From Patescibacteria group bacterium (GTDB taxonomy: Bacteria > Patescibacteriota > Minisyncoccia > UBA6257 > UBA9933): a DNA stretch of 64,000 bases. The notes beneath the pieces were generated by a model. The model ran no database searches. It had not been told where the DNA came from and saw only the letters and a program-made list of their open reading frames with translations. How positions within the stretch are numbered: position 1 is the stretch's first letter; each line of letters starts with the position of its first letter. Positions 36,626 to 46,445 of this stretch are shown here, in pieces. Made by a program: the position numbers and the translations under genes. The stretch spans positions 29,232-93,231 of the forward strand of contig JBBTPY010000007.1 of the NCBI GenBank assembly GCA_038065955.1. The letters are read 5' to 3'.

Positions 36626-37642
36626 CTATTTTTTATTTTTAAAGAATAATTTAAAATTTTCTATAAAAACAAATTTCCTATGGCTAAAAAATATTTTATA
36701 AATTCTATAAAAAATTTTGTTAATGGGAAGCGGTATTAAAAATAACACAAAAGCAATATATGCCTCCGGAAAATATCGAAAAAATCTTAACATTTTGATT
36801 CTCTTTCCTTTCGGCGTATCCCATCCACCAACCCATCCAACTAATAAACCGCGCCAAGTTTGACCAAAAACTTTTTTAATCGCTTCTTCTATGGCCGCAG
36901 AAGAAAATGGTCCCCTAAAACTTCTAAGTATATTTGCAAAATTAAAACCAAAAACCTCCATGGCGCGATTATTTATATTTCCATTCTTAACTGTTATCTT
37001 TTTGATTTCTTCACTAGTCGCTGGATAATTAATAATAATCGGCTCTTTAATATAATAATTTTTTCTTGATTGGGCGATCGTATGCATTGTGAGATATAAA
37101 TTTGAAAATTCCGTGCCAATATGCTTGCGAGCTCCATTTAGACCCGTTAATGCCAATTCGCGCTTAAGAATATTTGCGGAAATAAATCCAAGCCCGGCAA
37201 GAGCTTTCTCAAGAATCTCATCGCGACTGCTAAAAAAACCGCTCTTAGGCAAATCTATAGTTAATTTTTTTATACCTGAAATATAAAAATTAGCCCAAAT
37301 AAAACCAATTTCCGGATTATTTTTTATAACATTAAGAACATTGCCAATTCCGTCGGCTAATATAATTTCGTCTCCAATTAGCCAAATAAAATCTCCCTTA
37401 GCTTGTTCAATAAGAAAAATTATTGCCTTATCTATTCCTTCTTTGATGCCATGAAAATATCTTATTGGCATTTTCTTATTGAATAATTCAACCACTTTTT
37501 CAATGTCTTGATTCGTACTATCATCTCGTATAATAATTTCTATCTCCGGCGTTGCTTGCGGGATAATGCTATTAAGTAATTTTCTTAATTCATCGGGCTG
37601 ATTATATACCGGCAGACAAATACTTAATTTTAAGTTGTCCAT
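36626..37642 (-). CDS. GT2 glycosyltransferase (RfbV-like), paralog of the 28366..30102 GT domain
   Basis: LSICLPVYNQP, RDDS, KEGID, WLIGDE. Confidence 0.85.
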   Translation of the reverse strand: MDNLKLSICLPVYNQPDELRKLLNSIIPQATPEIEIIIRDDSTNQDIEKVVELFNKKMPIRYFHGIKEGIDKAIIFLIEQAKGDFIWLIGDEIILADGIGNVLNVIKNNPEIGFIWANFYISGIKKLTIDLPKSGFFSSRDEILEKALAGLGFISANILKRELALTGLNGARKHIGTEFSNLYLTMHTIAQSRKNYYIKEPIIINYPATSEEIKKITVKNGNINNRAMEVFGFNFANILRSFRGPFSSAAIEEAIKKVFGQTWRGLLVGWVGGWDTPKGKRIKMLRFFRYFPEAYIAFVLFLIPLPINKIFYRIYKIFFSHRKFVFIENFKLFFKNKK

Positions 37643-37654
37643 AATTAATAAAAT

Positions 37655-38686
37655 TTATAAAATTATTTTTTTAATAATGATTTGAAGCTGATTTTGAGTA
37701 TTATATCCGCTTTTTATGCATCTTTCTCTTCCATTTGCCGCTATTTTTAAACGCGCTTTATCATCAATGAGATATTTTTTAACTTTTTCCAAAAGCTCTT
37801 TTTCTGTTTCAAAAAAAACTGCTTCTTTGTCTTCTTCAAAAAAATCCAAGTGTCTTTTGGTCCGCTCCGCTATCATAAACCCGCCACAAGCCGGAATTTC
37901 CACGCTCCTGCTTGTTATTTCATCTCTGTTTATTTTTCTCAAAAAACAAAGGTTAATTTTCGCGGCGCTTATGGCTTTTGCGTAATCATCGCTATAAAGC
38001 GGTTTATTTTTTATGATTAAATTAGGATTTTTATCAATCCACGCGCCCCAACCGTTGCCCCAAACAACAACTTTAATTCCGTTTTCAGCGAGAAACAACA
38101 TCTTTTCAGCCCTGTCATTTTCAAAAGTTCCGATAAATCCGACATCGCAGCTAAAATTTTTTATATCTTCATCGGTTAAATTCATCGGCCAGTGGGCATT
38201 TTCATCATACGAATCTAAAAATAATTCGGTTCTTTTTGCTCCTAATATTTTTAACTCTTCTAAATTGTAAACCTTAGTAGTAAAAACAATATCATAATAT
38301 TTAAGCCCCAAATCATAATAAAAAGAACGGTTGTGTTTAGCGTACATATCATCTTCGGAAACAGAAACCAGCTTCGCTTGCGGCTGATTTTTTTTGATAA
38401 AACTCAATGTTTTGGGCTTAATTGTATTTCCTTTTTCAATCCAAATAATATCAAATTTTTCATTTTTAATCGCTTGATGAATTTTTTTATTAACGCCCGT
38501 TGAATCAATAGGCAATTTTAATTTCCAAAATAATCGCTCTAAAAAAATTGATTTATCTATACCGGGCACAAAAGGAACTGGAACCATTGAAAAACCCTTA
38601 ACTTCATTGCCCAAGTCGGCTAGCGCGCGGAATCTTTGAAAACTTCTGCCATATTCATTTAAATCTCCAATAAATAAAATTTTCAT
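37655..38686 (-). CDS. CgeB/Glyco_trans_1_2-family glycosyltransferase
   Basis: DVGFIGT, KINLCFLRK.NRD..TSRSVEIPACGGF. Confidence 0.88.
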   Translation of the reverse strand: MKILFIGDLNEYGRSFQRFRALADLGNEVKGFSMVPVPFVPGIDKSIFLERLFWKLKLPIDSTGVNKKIHQAIKNEKFDIIWIEKGNTIKPKTLSFIKKNQPQAKLVSVSEDDMYAKHNRSFYYDLGLKYYDIVFTTKVYNLEELKILGAKRTELFLDSYDENAHWPMNLTDEDIKNFSCDVGFIGTFENDRAEKMLFLAENGIKVVVWGNGWGAWIDKNPNLIIKNKPLYSDDYAKAISAAKINLCFLRKINRDEITSRSVEIPACGGFMIAERTKRHLDFFEEDKEAVFFETEKELLEKVKKYLIDDKARLKIAANGRERCIKSGYNTQNQLQIIIKKIIL

Positions 38687-38687
38687 T

Positions 38688-40937
38688 TTATTTGATGCTG
38701 TTTTTTAATGCCTTTAAAATTCCCTCAATGTCTTTTTCGTGGCTGTAATTTTGAATAATTTCAAAAGACTTTTCCCCAAATTTTTTTCTTTTTTCCAAAT
38801 TCTTAATTAAATCTTTTAAATAATCTGCCAATTTTCCAACATTGCCGACTGGAAAAATATAACCATTTCCATCATTTTTAACTAAATCCGAACCGCAGCC
38901 AACCATATCAGAAATAATAACCGGCAAGCCAAAACACATTGCTTCATTGACTACCAGCCCCCATGTTTCGCCTATCCCTGACGGCAAAACAAAAATATCG
39001 GCCATTGCGTAATATTGCGACAATTCTGTTTGATTTTTAAAACCAACGAAGTGAACATTTTGAAGATTATTTTCTTGTGTATATTTTTCAAGCTCCGGCC
39101 TCAATAAACCATCACCAACGAAAATTAAATGAATATTATGTATTGTGTATTTAGTATTTAGTATTTCGTATGCCTTCAATAAATCTATTGGCCGTTTTTT
39201 TTCTATAAATTTTCCTACAAAAAGAATGGCAATATCATTTTCTTTAATTCCCAATTCATCTCTAAATTTCTGTCTTTTATTTTTTAAATTTTCAGCCGCC
39301 GCCATATATCGCTCATTATCCACCGCATAAGGAACGAAAAACAATTTTTCTTCCGGCACGCCGTAATATTGATAAAATTTTTTGTTTTCTTCGCCAATAT
39401 ACAAAAAAGCGCTGATATGTTTAAAAAATCTTTTCAACACAACCGTTTTAATTTTCTGCTTCCATCCGTTTTTTAACAACTCCTGATTTAAAGGGCTTTC
39501 TCCTTGTAAAATAACCGGCGTATTAATAATTAAAGCCGTTAAAAACGCCAACCAATTTGTAAATAAATTCCAGCCGTAAATTAAAACAGTGCCGTAACGA
39601 TTTTGAATCAATTCTTTAATAATGCCGAAATTCAACTGCCCCCAAAAATTACTTGAAGGGCGCAGTGAAAAATTTTTAAGAAATTTATATCTATAACCTT
39701 CTAAAATCGGTATATCCCATTGCACTTTTGCCTTAAATTCCGGATCAATTGACTTTTGATTTACGCCAAAATCCCAATTAAAATACGCCGTTAAATCAAT
39801 TTTGCCGGAAGCGGCAATTTTACGAAGCAAAGGCGCCTGATATTGGATTGCATGCGACATAATAATCGCCAATTTCGGAATTTCCAATAAATTCAAGATT
39901 TCTTTTACGCGCTTTTTAAAATTATCTTTGCCGTATTCATTAAGAATTGCTTTTCTGATTAAGGGAGCGTTAAAAAATATTTTTGGCGCCTTGCCATTTA
40001 AAATGCCAATTATTGAATTTTTTAATTCTTGCTGATTATCGGAATTAATAATATATCCCAATTTATCATTAAAAATTTCTTTTTCCGAACTCTCTCCTTG
40101 GCTGCCGCCGATTATAGGCTTGCCGCAAGCAAGCGCTTCAAGCAAAACAATCGCGGGAAATCCTTCTTTTTTTGAAGGATAAGCAAAAACGTCCGCTAAA
40201 TTATAATAATCAACCATTTCCTCGTCTTTAGCGGGGCCCGGCAAAATAACATTTTTTTCCAAACCCAGTTCTTTTACGAGATTTTTTACGCGCTCCGCGT
40301 CATTGCCTCCGCCGACAAGCAAATATTTCGCATTTGGAATTTCTTTTACAACATCGGGCATCGCCCTTACCACTCTTTCATAGCCCTTATTATCCGCTTC
40401 CGAATAAGAAAGGCGGCAAATAGTCAAAATTATTTTTGAATTTTTTAAATTATGCCTTTCAATTAAATTCTGCGATTTCTCTTTGATATAAAATCTTTCG
40501 CCGTCAACGGAATTCGGCAAAGTAAGAATTTTTCCCGCCACTTCCGGAATTTGTCTAATAACATTTTTAGCGGCTTGGTCAAAAAGTTTAATGATAAATT
40601 TCGCCGATTTTAGCGCCCGCTTATGCAAGGCAGATTCAATATTAACAACTTCAATACCATAAACATTGACTGTATATTCTATGCCTAATATTTTTTTTAC
40701 AAAATAACAGATTGGAGCAAACGCGATATGCGAAGAACAGATGATATCCGGCTTTTCTCTGACGGATTCCAAAAAAACTCTAAAAATAAAAAATAGTTTC
40801 TGAAATAAGCCGATACCGTAAAGCGGAACAAAAAAAATATCCGCTTCGGCTTCTTGAAGCGCGCCCATAAATTCTCTGTTATATTTTTCAATTCCGCCAA
40901 TTTTATTCGTATCAGCGGCGATAAAAAGAATTTTCAT
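38688..40937 (-). CDS. Tandem double GT4 glycosyltransferase fusion
   Basis: Two GT-B halves: EGFPAIVLLEALACG and ETWGLVVNEAMCFG. Confidence 0.9.
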   Translation of the reverse strand: MKILFIAADTNKIGGIEKYNREFMGALQEAEADIFFVPLYGIGLFQKLFFIFRVFLESVREKPDIICSSHIAFAPICYFVKKILGIEYTVNVYGIEVVNIESALHKRALKSAKFIIKLFDQAAKNVIRQIPEVAGKILTLPNSVDGERFYIKEKSQNLIERHNLKNSKIILTICRLSYSEADNKGYERVVRAMPDVVKEIPNAKYLLVGGGNDAERVKNLVKELGLEKNVILPGPAKDEEMVDYYNLADVFAYPSKKEGFPAIVLLEALACGKPIIGGSQGESSEKEIFNDKLGYIINSDNQQELKNSIIGILNGKAPKIFFNAPLIRKAILNEYGKDNFKKRVKEILNLLEIPKLAIIMSHAIQYQAPLLRKIAASGKIDLTAYFNWDFGVNQKSIDPEFKAKVQWDIPILEGYRYKFLKNFSLRPSSNFWGQLNFGIIKELIQNRYGTVLIYGWNLFTNWLAFLTALIINTPVILQGESPLNQELLKNGWKQKIKTVVLKRFFKHISAFLYIGEENKKFYQYYGVPEEKLFFVPYAVDNERYMAAAENLKNKRQKFRDELGIKENDIAILFVGKFIEKKRPIDLLKAYEILNTKYTIHNIHLIFVGDGLLRPELEKYTQENNLQNVHFVGFKNQTELSQYYAMADIFVLPSGIGETWGLVVNEAMCFGLPVIISDMVGCGSDLVKNDGNGYIFPVGNVGKLADYLKDLIKNLEKRKKFGEKSFEIIQNYSHEKDIEGILKALKNSIK

Positions 40938-41638
40938 GATTTAAATTGCTTTTTTAAATTTATGCTAAATAATACCATTCTTTTAATGAATTTCCATTTT
41001 GAATACAAATTTTTATTCCAATTGGATTCACCGTAAAGTCTTTTATTAAAAAAAACGGGAAAACGAATAATTTCAAGGTTTTGTCTTTTTGCCATATAAA
41101 AAGCGTATAAATCCAATGAAAAATCATAAGGCGGATTGTTCCATTTTTCAAAAAAACTTCTATGAAAAATGTTCGGCTGAGCGTTTATGTCATAAAATAT
41201 TCCGCTGAAATACATTGATTCAAACACGCTCATTCCAAAAGTGAAAAATCTATCTATTAACGGCCGCCCTTTGCGTCTGCCCTTCATATAAATATTTTTC
41301 GGATTATTATTTTTTTCTATAATTTCTAACGCCTTTAAAATATCGTTCGGCGGCGTTTGCATATCACCGTGAGTCCAGCCAATATATTCCCCCTTTGCCC
41401 CTTTTAATCCGCTTAAAATTCCAAAACCATATCCTTGATTTTTTTCAACCCCAATAACTCTCGCAAAAGAATATTGAGGCAGTAAATTATTTAACATATC
41501 TTTACTGTTATCTGTTGAACCATTATTAATAATAATTACTTCAACATCGTTTCTTTTAATAACCCCCTGAAAACCGCTCAATATAAGAGGAATATTTTTT
41601 TCTTCATTATAACAAGGTATGACTATGGATAATTTCAT
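40934..41638 (-). CDS. GT2, polyprenol-phosphate glycosyltransferase (DPM/GtrB-like)
   Basis: SIVIPCYNE, NNGSTD, NQGYG, HGDMQ, R..GES.W. Confidence 0.85.
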   Translation of the reverse strand: MKLSIVIPCYNEEKNIPLILSGFQGVIKRNDVEVIIINNGSTDNSKDMLNNLLPQYSFARVIGVEKNQGYGFGILSGLKGAKGEYIGWTHGDMQTPPNDILKALEIIEKNNNPKNIYMKGRRKGRPLIDRFFTFGMSVFESMYFSGIFYDINAQPNIFHRSFFEKWNNPPYDFSLDLYAFYMAKRQNLEIIRFPVFFNKRLYGESNWNKNLYSKWKFIKRMVLFSINLKKQFKS

Positions 41639-43509
41639 AAAGCTCTTATTAAACCAAATATTGTTGACCCATATTGTTTATTTTTAAATTCCTTCCAGTT
41701 TTTCCATCCTAAATTTTCCAAATCGTTTTTTAATTTATCACCGCCATAAAAATCCGAAATCAAAACCAATTGGATTTTATTATTTTTATTAATATTTTCA
41801 GAGAAAAAATCAGAAGGTATTTCTTTATAAATATCTCTTTCAGATTTTACTTCTGAAACGGTAAAATTATTTAATATTTCTCCAAAAACGCCGTAGGTTA
41901 CGCCTGCTACAAAAATATTTCCCGCATATCCGGCTTTTTTAGCTTCTGTAAATGCTTTTTTATATTCATAAGGAAATTCTGACAAAATAGCATATTGACT
42001 ACGAACTTTAATATCTTGATTAAAAGATATTTTTAACTGATCTATCGGCTTGTTAAAGCCGGCCAAATTTTTAAAAACATAAATATTATTAATAATTAAA
42101 ATAGTAAAAATTACCGGCAAAAGTTTATGCGCCAAATTATAACGTTTGACTGCAAAATTCACAATCAGAAAAAATCCTAGAATTATAAAAGGAATAATAT
42201 ATTCCGCTTGATATCTACCAATTCCCCAAAGACCGGGAGCAATCATATAAAAAACATACACTCCGGCAATAAAAAAAATTAAAACCGCTGAAATTTTAAG
42301 CGAATTTTTAATAAAAAATAATAAAGGGATAAATAAAAATATAACCCAGGGCCAACCAATAGAATTCATAATCGCATTAAAAACAATTTCTGAATCCAAA
42401 GCAACTAAAACTCTTTGAAAGCTGGGAATATCCCCCAGATAACTCGCCGAAGTGCCATTAATAACGCTACTAAATAAGAAAGGAAGCATTAAAAAAATCG
42501 GACTTATTAAAATAAAAATTTCTTTTATTTTAAATTCTTTTCTCTTAAACAAATCAACAATGATAATTAAAAATAATGGTAATAGAGCCACAAAAACGGA
42601 TTGCCTTAATAAGGTAAAAATAGAAATTATAGAAATCCACCTTATATAATTAAATTTTTCGCTATAAGCAAAAACATAAAACAAAAACGCTGTCCAGGAT
42701 ACGGCTGTCCAAACAGATTGTTCCGCAAGAACTCCGACATGCCATAAAACCGGTATTGTACCAACAGCCAAAGCAAATAACCATGAATTAATAAAATTTA
42801 ATTTTAGATTGGCGATTCTTTGAATAAACAACATTAATCCAATCAAACCGACAAATTGAGCTAATCTGAAATTAAAATCCGCGCTGGTAAAAATAGCGCT
42901 GGAAAACCACAATGGAAATAATCTAAAAGACGGATGAGGCCCGGCGCTCCCGCCAAACGCCATAATGATAAATCTAAAAACTAAAAACAGCGATGAAAAA
43001 ACAGCTACTTTAAATAACCAACTTCTATTTTTTGTGAATTTATAAAATAAAAATCCAACAAAAATTATCAACAAATCAACAATATAAATAAGCCATTTAA
43101 AACTAAAATTATTTAAAAATCCGGTTTGGTTAGATAAAAAATCAATCAACGTGATACTGTGAAGTTTTGATTGCTGGCTATGAGCCAATTGATCGCCATT
43201 AAGCGACATCATTAAATTGCCTAAAGATAAAACAAGCATTATCAGAAAAAAAGACGCAAATACCAAAATATCTTTGTTTTTTATAATAATTCCGTCTTTA
43301 TACGAATTGTCATTTTTCCAAAGCCACAGAAATAAAATAAAAATTCCGCAAAGAATAAAAGAAATTAAAATATTCGCAGTAAAGCCAAAACTTTTTGCCG
43401 TAAGCGCGCCAAAAAATCCATAAGACCAAAACGCGACAAAAGCGAGAATCGCCGCCCAATTTAAATTTATAATAAATATCTCTTTATTTAAATCAAATCT
43501 ATTATTCAT
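41635..43509 (-). CDS. Polytopic membrane protein, GT-C-like
   Basis: More than 12 TMs; GD..H loop, HP, and GRY..EY; sits beside a DPM-like GT2 and GtrA. Confidence 0.6.
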   Translation of the reverse strand: MNNRFDLNKEIFIINLNWAAILAFVAFWSYGFFGALTAKSFGFTANILISFILCGIFILFLWLWKNDNSYKDGIIIKNKDILVFASFFLIMLVLSLGNLMMSLNGDQLAHSQQSKLHSITLIDFLSNQTGFLNNFSFKWLIYIVDLLIIFVGFLFYKFTKNRSWLFKVAVFSSLFLVFRFIIMAFGGSAGPHPSFRLFPLWFSSAIFTSADFNFRLAQFVGLIGLMLFIQRIANLKLNFINSWLFALAVGTIPVLWHVGVLAEQSVWTAVSWTAFLFYVFAYSEKFNYIRWISIISIFTLLRQSVFVALLPLFLIIIVDLFKRKEFKIKEIFILISPIFLMLPFLFSSVINGTSASYLGDIPSFQRVLVALDSEIVFNAIMNSIGWPWVIFLFIPLLFFIKNSLKISAVLIFFIAGVYVFYMIAPGLWGIGRYQAEYIIPFIILGFFLIVNFAVKRYNLAHKLLPVIFTILIINNIYVFKNLAGFNKPIDQLKISFNQDIKVRSQYAILSEFPYEYKKAFTEAKKAGYAGNIFVAGVTYGVFGEILNNFTVSEVKSERDIYKEIPSDFFSENINKNNKIQLVLISDFYGGDKLKNDLENLGWKNWKEFKNKQYGSTIFGLIRAL

Positions 43510-43521
43510 ATTCGTTTCGAA

Positions 43522-44319
43522 TTAAATTTTTTGCAAAATAATTTGCCGTTGTAATGCAAATATTCTTGGGGATATTATTGTTAAAATATCATCTATGAGC
43601 TTGATTAACCGCAATAAAAATATCGGCAACGGAATATAAAAAGTTTTTGCGATTACTCCTCCCGAATTCAAAAAAATAAAAAATTCACAATATTTATCAC
43701 TGATAATTTTAAAATAAGGAATTTTTTGTTTAAATTTATTTTTATTATCAAAAAGCAGATTAGGAATTGCGCAATTGGCCGACCATAAATCATTCGGATT
43801 GGTACAAACAGCTTCTTCATTAAAAACATCAACGTCAAAAGAATATCCCTCGTGCCTCATTAATCTTAAAAATAATCGCATAAAAAAAGACGCGTTTATC
43901 TCTTGGATTAATAAAACTCCGCCCGGCCTTAAAATACGATTCATCTCTTGAAAAAATTTCAAAGGATATGGAACATGATGAATCATATTGCTTGAAACAA
44001 TAAAATCGAAGCTTTTGTTTTCAAATGGCGTATTTAAAGCATCAACATTTTTTATATCTAACCAATCATTATCTAAATAATCGGTTAATATAAAATTTCT
44101 CGCCTTGATATAAAATTTGCTTATTCCAGTACCACAGCCGACTTCAACGCCCCTTGAATCATATTTAATATATTCATTCATCCATTTATATCTATTTCCC
44201 AATAAAAATTTCAAATTATTGTTTTTTGATTTTATAAAATACTCTCTTGCCTTTATGACATTCCCCTCATTTTTCATCCTATTATTTTTATGCAACGGTA
44301 TATATGTTTTTGTAAACAT
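43522..44319 (-). CDS. Class I SAM-dependent methyltransferase
   Basis: EVGCGTG, SNMIHH, RILRPGG. Confidence 0.9.
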   Translation of the reverse strand: MFTKTYIPLHKNNRMKNEGNVIKAREYFIKSKNNNLKFLLGNRYKWMNEYIKYDSRGVEVGCGTGISKFYIKARNFILTDYLDNDWLDIKNVDALNTPFENKSFDFIVSSNMIHHVPYPLKFFQEMNRILRPGGVLLIQEINASFFMRLFLRLMRHEGYSFDVDVFNEEAVCTNPNDLWSANCAIPNLLFDNKNKFKQKIPYFKIISDKYCEFFIFLNSGGVIAKTFYIPLPIFLLRLIKLIDDILTIISPRIFALQRQIILQKI

Positions 44320-44327
44320 TGTTAAAT

Positions 44328-44699
44328 TTAAGAATTAAAAACAAACCGCTTTTGACCGATGAAATTTAATGACGCGCTTGCTCCAGTCGCCACGACATAT
44401 GAAAAAACAAAAGAATTACTCAAAGATAATACCAAAGAATTCATGGCCACATTAACAACTATCGCCACCATATATAAAATAATGAATTTAATTAATTCTT
44501 TTTTAGAATAGCCAGGCTTTTTAAATGTCCAAAATTTATTTGCAACATACGCAACTATTGTTCCACAGATAAAAGCAAACGCCTTTGCCAACCACGGCTC
44601 TAAAAAAAATAATGAAGAATAATAAACAGCAGCATCTGCCGCCACGATAAAAATTCCAACTATTAAAAATCTTGATATTTCTTTTTTAAAATTATTCAT
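44328..44699 (-). CDS. gtrA: GtrA-family lipid-linked sugar translocase
   Basis: 4 TMs; RFLIVG, NKFWTF, NFIGQKRFVF. Confidence 0.92.
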   Translation of the reverse strand: MNNFKKEISRFLIVGIFIVAADAAVYYSSLFFLEPWLAKAFAFICGTIVAYVANKFWTFKKPGYSKKELIKFIILYMVAIVVNVAMNSLVLSLSNSFVFSYVVATGASASLNFIGQKRFVFNS

Positions 44700-45453
44700 T
44701 GAATATTTCCGACCAGTATTTATACTCTTCCAGATCCTCTGACGTTCCCCACTGGCAAAAATGCGGCACTTTATCGTAAATAAAAACTTTCAACCCGTCC
44801 CCGACAAGCAAATTATAAACCAAACTTACATAGTATTCCCCGTTAAGTGCGATTTTCTCATCCATTAACTGCTGAAAGTATTTTTTAACATAAGCGCCGC
44901 GCTTAAAATAATAAGTTCCGCCAGATTGCGGAGAATCCATCTTATTCTCAGTGAAAGAATATTTTTCCTTAATTTCAAGCATATAATTATTTTCATCAAC
45001 CCTCATACTGGCGTAATAATTATCTTTATGAAGCAAATGCGGATGAAATCCTTTATATGCCACCACTGCGCCATCGCATTTATTTTCCGTGACAAATTTT
45101 TTAAAATCATTATAATCCCAATCTATAAAAAAATCGCAATAATTGACAATAACAGGTTCATTGTCGTGAATTAAATCAAAAATACTAGAAACCGCCCAGA
45201 CAGATCCTAATTTTCGATTTTTTATGCTTATAATTTTAGCCGTTGGTTTTGCGGACAATAAAATTTCCCGCATTTTTGTTGTTTCCAGATGTTCTTCATT
45301 GCAAATAAAAATAAAGTTCTCTTCTCCCGGGAATAAATCAATAATATGCTCTATAATTGTCTTATTGTTTATCCGAATAAGCGGTTTTGGTTCAAGATAG
45401 CCGGCTTTTTTAAATCGTTCGCCGGTTCCGGACATTGGTATAATAATCTTCAT
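44692..45453 (-). CDS. Nucleotidyltransferase-like protein (NTP_transferase, GT-A fold)
   Basis: IIPMSGTGERF...PKPLI, YCD, GEYYVS, QWGTSEDL. Confidence 0.85.
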   Translation of the reverse strand: MKIIIPMSGTGERFKKAGYLEPKPLIRINNKTIIEHIIDLFPGEENFIFICNEEHLETTKMREILLSAKPTAKIISIKNRKLGSVWAVSSIFDLIHDNEPVIVNYCDFFIDWDYNDFKKFVTENKCDGAVVAYKGFHPHLLHKDNYYASMRVDENNYMLEIKEKYSFTENKMDSPQSGGTYYFKRGAYVKKYFQQLMDEKIALNGEYYVSLVYNLLVGDGLKVFIYDKVPHFCQWGTSEDLEEYKYWSEIFNE

Positions 45454-46445
45454 CTTTTTATTAATTTTTGCCGATATTTTTCACTTTCCATATTATTTAT
45501 ATAATCCAAATCTTTTTGAGAAAGCGGATTCAAAACTAAGCCGCAATCTTTTGCACAATCAACAATATATAGCCAAGCAATTAAATTTTCCTCAATTGCC
45601 CGCTCTTCTTTTTTATTTATTTTATAATTGATATTTCCGGCGCTTTCGTCAATTGAAATTTTATCGTTAATATTGTCACAAAAAACAATTTGGTCGGGAA
45701 ATAAAATATTTTTTGAGAAATTTTCAATTAAATCACCGTTATTTTTTATAAACTTTTTTAAAAAATTAATTTTATCTTTTTTATTCTTAGGAAAAACTTT
45801 TTTAAAATTCAAGTATTGCTTAATAAATATTTGAATTTCATTATGTAAATCAAAAACATGCTTCAAATTATTGCCAGAAACAATAAGGCCGTGATTTTGA
45901 ATTAAAATTACTTCCGGAATTTTGTTGTATTTATTTTTATGCCTATCTATTGCTTCTTTTACGCATAAAGTCAAATGAAGCCCGGGATTGCTATATGGCA
46001 ACCAAATTATATCTATGCCAGAATCTTGAAATATTTTTTTAAACAAGTTCTCGCCGTCCAAAGCGCAAGTAATAATGTTTGCGTATACTGAATGCGTATG
46101 TATGACATATTTTCCGAGCAAAGCGTGAAAACCCGTTTCTATTGAGGGCTTAATGTTTCCAGAACCGATTTTTCCCAATATACAGGAATCAATGAAATCC
46201 GCGCTATCTGGTTCAAAAACATCGGAAAAATCTTGAGTATTATAATATTTTGATAATTTATCATAATCGACCGCCACTAATCCGTTATTTTCTAAAACCT
46301 CTAAAAATCTGAAACCCGATGCCTTAATAAGCATTTTCCGGTCGTCGATTTTAATGGAAAAATTTCCGCCGGCGCCCTGAACCAAATCAGGACATTGTCC
46401 GATATCACGGGATATATCAATTATTTTTTTTAATTCATCTTTCAT
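45450..46445 (-). CDS. Class II aldolase/adducin-family protein
   Basis: VQGAGGNFSIK, IKASG, PSIETGFH, HTHS, QNHGL. Confidence 0.88.
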   Translation of the reverse strand: MKDELKKIIDISRDIGQCPDLVQGAGGNFSIKIDDRKMLIKASGFRFLEVLENNGLVAVDYDKLSKYYNTQDFSDVFEPDSADFIDSCILGKIGSGNIKPSIETGFHALLGKYVIHTHSVYANIITCALDGENLFKKIFQDSGIDIIWLPYSNPGLHLTLCVKEAIDRHKNKYNKIPEVILIQNHGLIVSGNNLKHVFDLHNEIQIFIKQYLNFKKVFPKNKKDKINFLKKFIKNNGDLIENFSKNILFPDQIVFCDNINDKISIDESAGNINYKINKKEERAIEENLIAWLYIVDCAKDCGLVLNPLSQKDLDYINNMESEKYRQKLIKR

